Positions 53,493 through 64,000 of a stretch of DNA of 64,000 nt are shown one piece after another. Position numbers and translations under genes: made by a program. Position 1 is the stretch's first letter; every line of letters begins with the position of its first letter. The notes under the pieces were generated by a model. It made no database searches and was not told the DNA's origin. It saw only the letters and a program-made list of their open reading frames with translations. The DNA comes from Botryllus schlosseri (Eukaryota), in the NCBI GenBank assembly GCA_051294905.1, contig CM119372.1, forward strand, positions 6,078,001-6,142,000, given 5' to 3'.

Positions 53493-54051
53493 ATTAAACA
53501 TGGAACGGCAACGACCGATTTTGCAGCTTGGTTCCGCTTCGCCGAGGCTGGAATGGAGAATTGTTTTGAGTGAGCGACTGTCGGATTTCTGGCAATCCAA
53601 AAGCTATCTTCCCGAGAGCCGAAATTACTGAATCTGGTCTTGATCGAAAACTACTGTTGCACCGATTCCGAAAATATAAATTAAAATAATGATCAGGCAC
53701 TGATCCACCTAGAATCCGTCCTCCAAGTCTGAAATATCGGAGAGTCGCAACGGTTCATTGTTATGGCCATTGTGTTGCGGTTACCCGATTGTTCTGAACA
53801 ATGCCGATATTTAATACTTGGAAGACAGCTTCTAGGTGGATCAGTGCCTGATCAATATTTTAATTTATATTTTCGGATTCGGTGCAACAGTAGCTTTCGA
53901 TCAAGACCAGATTCAGTAATTTCTGCGTTCGGGAAGATAGCTTTTGGATTGCCAAAAATCCTACAGTCGCTGCCGCAAAACAATTGTTTACTCCAGCCTC
54001 AGCGAAGCGGAACGAAGCTGCAAAATTGGTCGTTGCCGTTCCATGTTTAAT
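53493..54051. mobile_element. Palindromic MITE (~250-bp arms, ~60-bp spacer) bounded by TTAA
   Basis: ATTAAACATGGAACGGCAACGACC ... GGTCGTTGCCGTTCCATGTTTAAT. Confidence 0.85.
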
Positions 54052-55361
54052 CTCTTATAGTCAAATTGCCTGTAGCCAAATGAAAACTGTGACGTGTTAC
54101 AATTTCACTGAGGCGTGAGATTTGCCTGTGTCGACACCATATAGGACACTATGGTTCCATCCTCTATAGTTCCATGTCAAATTTATATAATATTACCAAG
54201 CCCCGAACTGCTGCTATCTCCGGCTAAGCAAATTTGCGTGACCCCATGCGCAGATGCATTGTTGGTACACGGTTAAATGATTTAGTACAGGTACAGGGGC
54301 TTATGGAAAAGCGGTCAGTGTTTAAATATATTTGATTTGTATTGGGTCTGTACTATTTTATACGTATAGTATGGAGCTTTGAATGACTAATTATTCTAAC
54401 ATTCATGATTTGTTGCAGCCCAATACCTCGTGTCAGTAGGCCTATATTGATATTCTGTGTAATTCGACATGTCGAAGATAGTCCGTTCATCAGGTGCATG
54501 GTATCGGGTGGTAATCTTTGCTGTGCCGGGGTGGTTGCAGTAGAAGGCCGAAGAAAATATCCAATGAGTCGTATGCAAGAAGTAATAGTGACGGCAGTAG
54601 TGATAAAGAGTCGATAGTAAAGCGTCGATACCCCAGAAATTTTCACCGGTAAGTGAGTAACAGAATAAGCATAGCATCCAGACATCTTCAGATCCGCCAC
54701 AGTTGTAATAAATAGGTCATGGTAAAGTGATAGCAGAACATTTCGTTGCCGCTAAATGAATGAAATGACCAGACCAGACTACCAGCAGAAATCCTTGTCA
54801 ACAAATCAGCTATGTAATGTTCATCATCAATATCTGTAATTATGTCCATCTCACTCTTCGCATTTTGTCCATGATCGAATACAAGTAGTTCGGCCAATAA
54901 TCAGTTTAGTATTCAATTCTTGCTTATACTATGTAGGCATGAGCAGGACTACAAGGAAAAGATACAATTAATGACCTATGGGTTTTCTTCGACATAGTTA
55001 AAAAAAGGATATCTTTTTCAGATTAAAAAAAGGATATCTTTTTCAGATGCTTAACAAATACTGCGGAATTTGCAAATTCCATAGTCGAGTTCATCTATAG
55101 TCCTTATATCTATAGTCCTTATAGCGTTGTTCAAAACTGTCAATTTATTTATTCAGAAATATTTTTCAAGGTTTACCTTTGAACTGCTCCAGCTTTAGAA
55201 GGCTGCCTCAATCTTGAATACAATAGCCTATGGAGTGAAAAGTGACAGACGTATAATTTTATCAGACAAGATATTTCATGTCCCATATTCTTTTATCATC
55301 TCATAACAAAGAATTGTCTATTTGGTGTGCTTCGCTTCATACAATGCTCTGTAAAATGCAG

Positions 55362-56265
55362 CTTTCCTACCAATGAATCGCTGAAAGGAAGATGGTTAGA
55401 AAGCATTGAAAGAAAAAACTGGGTTCCATCAAGATCGTCAGTCATCTGCTCCGATCATTTTCCGGAAAGTGCTATTTACCGTGTGGGCCAGTTGATATGG
55501 TTGAGGGAGAATGCGGTGCCAACAAGATTTCTGAACTTTCCGAAATATATAAGGTCAAAGGTACAGTAGACATTTACCAATTTACTCTTAAAGTTTGAGT
55601 TTCTATTAGTTATACCCTTACCCTAGCCTTTGTTGACGTGAAATTCGTGAATTTTAGACTTCCACAAACGGCAAGCGAGACTAGCAACACATCAAGATAA
55701 GAAACGTCATTGTAAAGCACAAACCGGTGAAGCAGTTCTCCACGACCACAGTTACTGTGCACGTACCTCTCCTCAAAAGCACATTCAACAGCAACGCCGT
55801 AGAGTGGTACAAATTGAAAAGAGGTTTCATGCTGCCAAAATGAGGACATGCCACCTGAGAAAAAAAGTGAAAACTCTGGATGAGGTCATTGCATCTCTAA
55901 AAAAAATATTTTGATCAGCGATTTGTGTGAAGAAGTAATGTCACAAAAATTCAGTCCTCTACCAAGTTAGCTGTTGCAGCGCATGAAGCTGCAAGCTGGT
56001 GGAAGAGAAGTCAAATACTCTACAAAACTGCAATCATTTGCGATGACGCTGCAGTATTATTCTGCTAAGGCATAGAATTTTGTGCGTCAAAATTTCAACT
56101 CGCTCTTCCCCATCCGAGTGTGATAAGACGCTGGTATGGAAACTTTCCTCTGAGCCTGGCTTTACTGGTATTGCGTTTTCTGCTATCAGAGGAAAAGTAA
56201 AGGCATCAACAACTATTGTAATATGCTCCATAATGATGGATGAACTGTCGATCCATCAAGGCAAG
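55362..56265 (+). pseudogene. Decayed THAP-domain P-element-type transposase (THAP9-like)
   Basis: THAP C-terminal half FP..RWLESIERKNWVPSRSSVICSDHF...LRENAVPT (55362-55560). P-transposase segment YSTKLQSFAMTLQYYSAKA*NFVRQNF / LPHPSVIRRWYGN / SEPGFTGIAFSAI...CSIMMDELSI has an in-frame TAG (56073-56075) and two frameshifts, and no recognisable continuation after the first catalytic Asp. Confidence 0.85.
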
Positions 56266-57391
56266 GTATATCGATCAATGTGTCTTCAAGTCAACAATTT
56301 CTCATATGGTAATTCATTTGTTTTGAACAGTGCCCCAAAACAACATCGTCGTAGGCCCCTCAGTGGGGTGGCCTTCCACGTCACTGTGCCGCGACAAAAA
56401 AGGAGGTCTATTAAATTGCAACTTCGATCGGAATCAGTTCGTTTATTGTACCTCGTTCGCAGATATTAATTAAGTCCTAACTTATCCCACATTTTACTTT
56501 CAGATCACCCTCAATTACGTCGAGGGCGACGTCAAGTCAATAACAATTGAGTAATTAATTTCTTTTTTATGTTATTTTAATAGAAAAATCATTCAAAACC
56601 TTACCTTGCGTTTCTCATAACTGAAGCTGGTGCTTCTGAAACGAAAGTTTAGGTACGAGGCAGTACAGCGCGGTATTTCGTGTGATCCCAGAAATAGTTG
56701 ATCGAAAGCCAGGTTGGAATGCTTTGTCTAGCAGGGAAGGAAGGGATCAGGTGGAAATAGTTGATCCGTAAAACGCACTAGGTAGGAATGCGTCATCTAG
56801 CAGACAAGGAAAGGATGATAGGCAGCCACTACGGGATTCCTGCCTGATCTGCTATATTGACCTAGCTTTCCGTCGCACGCCATCTCTTTTTTGTCGCTTG
56901 ACCTTATATAGTATCTTGGTTCTATAAGTTTTCATCCAGTGTACATGCCTCCTCTTTTCTTAGCCTAGGCCCAGGTGGGTGCAGATTACCTCAGGTCGTT
57001 GCGTTACCTTGCTATCTTTTCATCGACGATTATTCTGATAAAATCAATAACGATAATAAACTCTTAGAGCGCAGATTGCTGTAACCAACATAGCGTCGAT
57101 TTCAGTGAGCACTAGGCAATTCTACCCCGATCTAAATAAAGACTCGTGCTTTCATCTTGTTTCTCTCATTCAATGATATAAATATATTATTTCTCTCATT
57201 TGATCACCTCTGCAGAAATCGCTAACCCATATTGCTACACATAACTCACATATTTTCACTTTCTAGGATTTATTTGGACTACTTTGACACAATGAATAAG
57301 TAGAACAGCAATTAGATGGTATAAATTTGATTGTAGCTGTGCCTTTGCCATGTCACATGATGCTGAAATTTCCTCCGTCAGTGGTATTCAT

Positions 57392-59545
57392 TAGGGATGG
57401 TGTGAACGTGTGGTTCACGTTCGCGTTCTGTGTGTGAACCTCGGAAATTTAGAGGTTCACGTTCACAAACGCACCTCGGTAGGTTCTGCTCTGTGTACCT
57501 TTTGCATATATTACAATTCTCACTTCATTATAACTTATTTGTATGAAATTTATTGCATTTCAACTGCGGGTCACTTTATCCATGGCGCTGGCAGGATAAA
57601 AAAATCAATACCAAACGAGCATGTGCCTTGACAATCTCAAAAATTTTACTTGCTTTGTGACAAAAAATTGCTCGAAATATCCAGCTTTCCGTTTGTGAAT
57701 ATTTATCGACTCTCTGCTGGGTGCTTGACCCGCAATCACACAACATCAAGAGCGAAATACACTACATGTAGTCAGCGAATGATGCTTATTTATATCGTTG
57801 TCTGATGCAATAAATCTATCAGGCGTACGAGGTCAATCTTGACTTCATAAGTTTATTGAATAATAAAAACCAAATCCGTGCGATTGGGGTGTTGGCTACT
57901 GCTGTAGAACTTGCTAATGGGGTAATATCGGTAGCAAGTGTAGAAACACGTTTTACATTCTGCTCAATATCAACGTAGCAATACCCAGACGCCGAATACA
58001 TTGTCCGGTCTGGCCTAAACCGTTAAGGCGTAAGCTTATATTCCTTTGCAAGTCCTCGTCGAAATTGTTGGCAAAACGACAGAAGATGTTGATTTTATGG
58101 GATTATTATATATCATTTGATTACCCCAGTTCATAGATTTGGCGACGCTTAAAACGTCAGTATGTAATTCAGCATTGTGGCATTATGTGCTAGGTATCGT
58201 GTACATTGATATAGGCCAGGGGTCGGGAACCTTTTTTGTCCGAAGAGCCATATTGGCCCTATTTTTCCATTTTACCTCCCAAAGAGTCATACATGTCAAT
58301 CAACTGTTACGTCACAATTGAAAATTAGTGACCTCATGGTAGCACTAATTCAAACTCACTACATGGGATTCGTCGTGTGCGCCACATTTCCTCTGTAGAA
58401 ACTCGTATGATGATCCTTTGAAATGCGAGCACTCATGACCACATGCGTAGATGGAGCCAAACATGGCCACTACAGAAGTATATAGGCCTATCCATCCAAA
58501 GCTGTGATACATCAGGGACGTGGGGTTATAGGGGAGGCAAGCGATGCAGTGTCTCGAATATTGTGAACTCGTCAATTATATTGGTATTTCTATTGATGTT
58601 CATGAATGACTAGATTTTGAACATTTTTCTCCCAAAATCAGACAATTTGCATATTTAATGTTCGAAAATAAAGCTCGAAACGACACGTAAGGCACATACG
58701 CACCAAGCATCACCATTGATAACGCAATTCATCGTTAATAGCTTAAAAATTATTTATTATTTATTAATATTATTTATTAATCGAATGTAGCTGTCACACA
58801 GATTCCGAAAATCTAAATAGTGATCGACTTCTCAATTCCCAAAGTATTCGGCGGTAACATATAACGTTGCGCTGCACGCCTACATTTTATCGCCGTACCA
58901 CAGAGTTATAGCCTACTTAACAATCAAGAACGTGGATGTCTATGGCGTTCTTTGCAATTGTGAATGTCACGTCCACGGCACTTCAATTCGCGCCGTAGAT
59001 CAGGAAGACAATGTGTATTTGAAAACTGCGTTGTCATATGGGCTTCGCCATGTCTGCTATTCTCTTTGATCAATCAACGTATCGCGCAATCCAAGATTTC
59101 GAGTCGGGCAAATCGAATTAGCGAGTGACATTGGTCGTCGGCACGACAGTAACTGTAATTGGAGGATTTCGATAAAAGGTGGTCCGAGCCCCTAAACCTG
59201 AAGACGGCATTGTATATACCTCTCAAAGACATGTTCATACTGCCACGAGAATAATTATTCTGGCCGTGATGAAAATTTACTAACAAGTCGCTGCAATATT
59301 GATCAATTCAGAACAAAAATATAAATATTTGGCAAAGAGCCATATCTTATACCCAAAGGAGCCATGATATATGGCTCGCGATCCATAGGTACCCGACCAC
59401 TGATATAGGCGATCACTTCACTGACATATAGGGTTGGAATTAACAATATGACGTCACGAGGTTCACGTTCGCGTTCACACAGAACCTTTCAAAAAGGTTC
59501 GCGTTCACACGAACCTGAACCTTTCACAGGTTCACACCATCCCTA
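57392..59545. mobile_element. Non-autonomous hAT (Ac-type), family A copy 3, with a nested insertion
   Basis: TIR TAGGGATGGTGTGAAC; perfect TSD GTATTCAT. Confidence 0.92.
58217..59402. mobile_element. Buster/Charlie-type hAT nested in family A copy 3
   Basis: CAGGGGTCGGGAACCT ... AGGTACCCGACCACTG; perfect TSD ATATAGGC; the empty site is visible in copy 1 at about 5062-5069. Confidence 0.92.
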
Positions 59546-59847
59546 GTATTCATAGCCACCACGTAGCTGGCAGCAATAGCATTGACATAAGCGCCATTGT
59601 AGTGAGATTTCGAATCGAGGCCATAGGGTGATTCCGAGGCAGTCTCCGGTAATAACTTGAGGCTGGTGGTCATAGCTATATATGCTTTTAGTATCTGTAG
59701 ATACAGTACCTGGAAGATAACAATAAAACTGGCATTATCCATTGCAATCATTTGATAGCTTGATTAATTATTTACACTTGAAATGTGCCTGTTTGTTGGT
59801 TTTCAACATTTGTAAGAATAGTAAATTACAGTGTGTGCTCGAGGACG

Positions 59848-60033
59848 CAGTACATAAAACTGAAGCTATAATGAGTAAAAAGACAACATCAGCAAGCTCC
59901 CTCAGGATTATTGGCATTATATCCAAATCAAATTGCCGTACACAGTACCTGAAACTGAAGCTGTAGGGATAAAGAAGACAACATCACCAAGCTCCCTCAG
60001 GATTAACGGTATCATATCCAAATCGAATTATCA
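59848..60033. repeat. Diverged tandem duplication, ~95-bp period
   Basis: CAGTAC..AAACTGAAGCT...GACAACATCA.CAAGCTCCCTCAGGATTA...ATATCCAAATC occurs at 59848 and 59943. Confidence 0.8.
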
Positions 60034-62509
60034 ATGCCATGACAATTGCCTTATCCCAGTAATTGTGAATACAGCACTCAAGGCCAGCAGAAGCATATGT
60101 TTATTTACCTGGATACAACGAGTTGAGCAATCTACATCAGGAAGACATTTGCAAATGAATACATACCCCAGCAAACACCCGATCTCCCACGGACTTACGG
60201 GTACGTCCACAATTGTGCCCAGTCGTCCCACGTCCCACTTTTAGTGACTGAGGACTTGCTCAGTAGGTCACAAATTGACGTCCAATTATGTAACTCCAAG
60301 AGACCCCCAGAGGAAGTAACTTTAAGAGTGCTCCTATGCCAGTCACCAATGACCATTCCAGTGGATGTCGTAATAGTGTGATGCCTGGATGCCACCAACA
60401 CAGGAGTTGATTTGGATGTCCTTACTGGGAAATCGTTTCTATGAACTCAAATGTGCATTATTCTGCAGTCAATGCTGAATAAGTTGTGTTGAATACAGTC
60501 ATGATACAAGTGAAATCTAGTGGAGTGAAGCCGTGAATGTTGATATGGTGTGACTTTCTCATCGCGTGGAACTTCACAAGCCCGGCTGTCGATCATTGCG
60601 GTCGCACAGTGCTAAAGAGGCTCGATATAATGTGCGATACAGAGACACAGTGGCTTATTTTATTGTGACATTACTGGGTCGAAAATGCCCACATCAGGGG
60701 CAAATACTCGTAATGCATGTGAAATATTCCGATATCAGAACTTGATAATCGTCATGATGGGATTGTGATGACTATTCCAATCACGGAACAACGCAGTAAG
60801 CAATCCTCTCGGCTATTTCGATAATGGAGTCGAACACATCTGTTGCTTCAGATTCATCCAACCATAAAACCAGAAGCCTGCCTTCTTCTATTTGGCGAGC
60901 ATCGCGCATGCGCCGCGCGTGTAATTCAATTTGATCACCGTATGTAGCAATGGCGGAGGGACGAATTATCACAGTAATGGTTTAGTTCATAATAGGCCTT
61001 TTGCAGGACTTCGATCACGTGACTAGGTCGCATAGCAACCACAAATTGGGTAGCAAGCTACTTTCTCGCGCACCTGCTTCAGTGCTAAATATCGCATATT
61101 GTACTGTTGATTTCTGGTTGTAAACGTTTCGGAAATTTGTTGTAGAAGTCATCAGAGATTCACCTATGCTAGATGCCAATCCTGTACAAAGCATATAGAA
61201 TGATATCGTCAGAATTACGCAGAAATCCGTCGTTAACGTAGCCGTATTTCGGATACAGTATATTATCGTTTTCGGGCTGTAAACGTTTTATATAAAACGC
61301 AAGTGTCATGGAAATGCGCAAGGATTCAAATATGTTTGATATCTTCGATTCATGAACTATGTAAACTCCTTGCGTCAAAATGATCGACATTGTAGCCGCT
61401 ATATGGTAGTCAACTATGATTTTATGACACAAAATTCGACATTGCAGGACATTGACTGCGTGATATTTATTGCAGCATTAAGTTAGGTGTGGATAGTAAG
61501 TATACTATACTATAGTTGTACTGTAGTGGTATTTGATAATCATTGCAGCATTTTGATGATTGATATCGATTGCAATATATACAGGATACTGCTATTTTTA
61601 AGCCTAGAGACAATGACTGCCAGTGCCAGTACGTTGATGTGTTAGGAATTCATGCCATGTGCTACATACTATATATATATTAAACATCCTATGCTATTTC
61701 ATGGCTTCTCAGTTGAACAATTCAAAATATTTAGACCTCTACACCTATATTACAAGTTATTGATCATTCTGTCATGCTGCCAAGTGCCACTACCCGAAGA
61801 AAAATGATCATCAGCTCCAATTGAGGGCGCAGCAAACTGTCCCGAGGCCTGGATTACTCGATTGATTGCCTGGATTGGATTACTTCACTCTTTGGCACAG
61901 TGCAAATATCTTGAGTTTCAAGACATGGCTATACCACATGTATACGAATTAATGATCTGATGGATTATCCCAAGAGAGCCGAACATAGGAAACTAAGAAA
62001 TTGATGATGCCCTCGTCAAGAATTCAGCCTGGAGCCAATTATTATCACCACATAAAATTTGGTCATGCAGTAGAAGGCAGCGTGGTTTCATGCCAACAGA
62101 AAATGTCAGCAGATGATCTGGCCACTGACTAACTGTCCTGAACTTCTTTCCCGATGTTGATGTCTGCTTCGAAAATGATATTTCATTTGTGTACAGCAAG
62201 ACAAGCGCTCTTCCGTAGATGCTATGAATCTGTCTAGACAAGTGGCTATGGAGGTAGATGAAAATACATAGGCATAAGAGTCTCGGCAGTTATTGAACTT
62301 GATAAGGTTAACATGCATTTTTCTTCGACTATTTCTTATGCTCTGGGTATCGAATGCACAAAAATTAATAAATATCACTTCTTTCCAAGTTTATTTGTAA
62401 ATTCAATGAATCAAAGAATATCATAAGTTCAGAATATTACGGAGTCAATGCAAAAGAAACAATGTTCGTCGTCTTTAGAGGATGTTTCTGAGTTGGTTGA
62501 ACCAATACA

Positions 62510-63023
62510 CAGAGGGGGTCAGCAACGAAGTACTATTTTACCTGAGTACTAGCGTCATTATGAGTTTAGGCTACTTCCACTTCTACTTGACACTTTTTAG
62601 GTAGTACTTTTTTGTCAGTTTGGGGATTTTGTCAACTAGAAAGTAGCTTTGGCGCATGATTGCACCCCCTTCAAGCGTGAGGTTGTCATAACAACTGGGC
62701 AAAATAGCTCCAGTACCACGGTAACTAAATTAATTTTTGAAAATTGCACATATTTGTGGTGTCATCACCCTTTTGCGTTGATCAAGAAGATGCAACATGA
62801 AATGTTTACAGTTGTCACGTGGCATTAATTTCTAAAACTAAGGGACCCAACCAAATCTACTTCATGTAACGAATTTCTTGACCGCTTTTCAGAAATTCAT
62901 TTCTACTTCCACTTGAAGTACTTTGGACATGTCCTGGAAGTAATTATTGCTACTTGTACTGGAGTATAAATTGAGGCATTACTTGTACTCGGTTCCCAAC
63001 AATGACCACGTTGACCACCTCTG
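62510..63023. mobile_element. Degenerate hAT-like MITE with TACTT/AAGTA subterminal motifs
   Basis: CAGAGGGGGTCA ... TGACCACCTCTG; repeated TACTTG/CTACTT; no TSD seen. Confidence 0.5.
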
Positions 63024-63322
63024 GGTATAGGATGACCGATCTTGTCACTGCGTTTGAGCTGTTCTAAGAGTTATTTGATAGTTACTTCCCTTAGTTCGCT
63101 AAATAGCGCACATATGTGACATCAACTATTTATCAAAATCGCGTGTGATTTGCCAAATCCACTTCAATCGCAGTCGTGAAGTAGTGCTAATAAGATCGGC
63201 ATTGTATAAGGCAACAATAAAGTGCACTGCTTTGCTTAGTCTTGATGGCAGGTTCTCCCAAAAGATACTTCCGATGTGTTCAGCGGTTTTATAGCAGCAC
63301 GCCCGATAGGGTTGGTGTTCAT

Positions 63323-64000
63323 ACCTTGCAAATGGGTAACAAATCTTGCAAATGGGTAACGATTTACCTTGCATATGGGAAACAAATCTTGCAAATGGGT
63401 AACGGTTTACCTTGCATATGGGAAACTATCTTGCAAATGGGCAAGGAATGATTTCACCTTGCAAATGACCAACAACGGTCGAAACACAAGGCATGGTGGG
63501 GTCATCCGCCCGGCGCCCACCAGTGGAGCAAGACCCAGATGGGTCCCCCCCCACAAATTCGGCGAAATCCAAATCCAAATTAAAAAATCCAGATGCTCAT
63601 TCAAAACTGACGGCAATTGGTGCTACCATATGACCCCTCCCCACCACCACCACCACCAATTCGAATACATCCAAATCCAGATTTCCATCAAATCCAAATC
63701 TGAAAATCCACGTTTTTATCCAAAACTGACGTCAGATGTAGTTGGTGCTAGCATATATGCCCCCCACCAATTCAGCGAAATCCAACTCCAGTTTCTCATC
63801 ACGATTTACATTGAAATCCATCAGTTATGCAAAGGCAAGGACTTACCTTGTAATAGACGATAAATCAACCAGTTATGCAAAGGCAAGGACTTACCTTGCA
63901 AATGGGTAAGGATTTACTTTACAAATGGGAAACAAATCTTGCAAATAGGAAAGGCTTTACCTTGCAAATGGGATACAGATCTTGCAAATGGGTAACGATT
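63323..64000. repeat. Minisatellite of CTTGCAAATGGG-core units (alternating ~20 and ~23 bp) in two blocks
   Basis: Blocks at about 63323-63467 and 63840-64000, separated by AAATCC/CCACCA-rich sequence; continues beyond the window. Confidence 0.85.

Noticed and set aside
53418..54050. Mirror-image ORFs with near-identical peptides on opposite strands
   Set aside because: Explained by the palindromic MITE; not duplicated genes.
63323..64000. Short repeats with variable gaps resembling a CRISPR array; 164-aa ORF 63369-63863
   Set aside because: The inter-repeat segments are only 8-11 bp and themselves repeated, there are no cas genes, and the context is eukaryotic. The ORF is a by-product of the repeat.

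Overview
Eukaryotic, AT-rich, intron-containing animal DNA. The many 45-90 nt introns and the gene content suggest a marine invertebrate such as a tunicate (inference only). The ORF track is mostly uninformative because the real genes are spliced. I hand-assembled two convergent genes. (1) A complete 30-exon + strand gene (16150-36251; CDS 3876 nt, 1291 aa) encoding a type I membrane glycoprotein: signal peptide, 14 tandem EGF modules (13 calcium-binding), SEA-like, half-EGF, SEA with a G/SVI motif, cbEGF, ZP module, RKRR furin site, TM helix, and a short tail ending in PPAY. It is uromodulin-like/UMODL1-like and recalls ascidian vitelline-coat EGF-ZP proteins. (2) A - strand gene built from very small exons (52842 to about 41049), of which the ORF track catches only fragments. 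It has an N-terminal TRAIP-like RING-H2 finger, a coiled coil and, tentatively, a TM helix and basic tail. The rest is dense with transposon relics: more than a dozen non-autonomous hAT-type elements (10 with perfect 8-bp TSDs, several nested), two copies of a long-arm foldback element, a 560-bp palindromic MITE, a decayed THAP/P-element transposase, a Penelope-like 3' fragment with a hammerhead-like core, tRNA-derived SINEs and a minisatellite. No rRNA, intact tRNA or CRISPR array was found.
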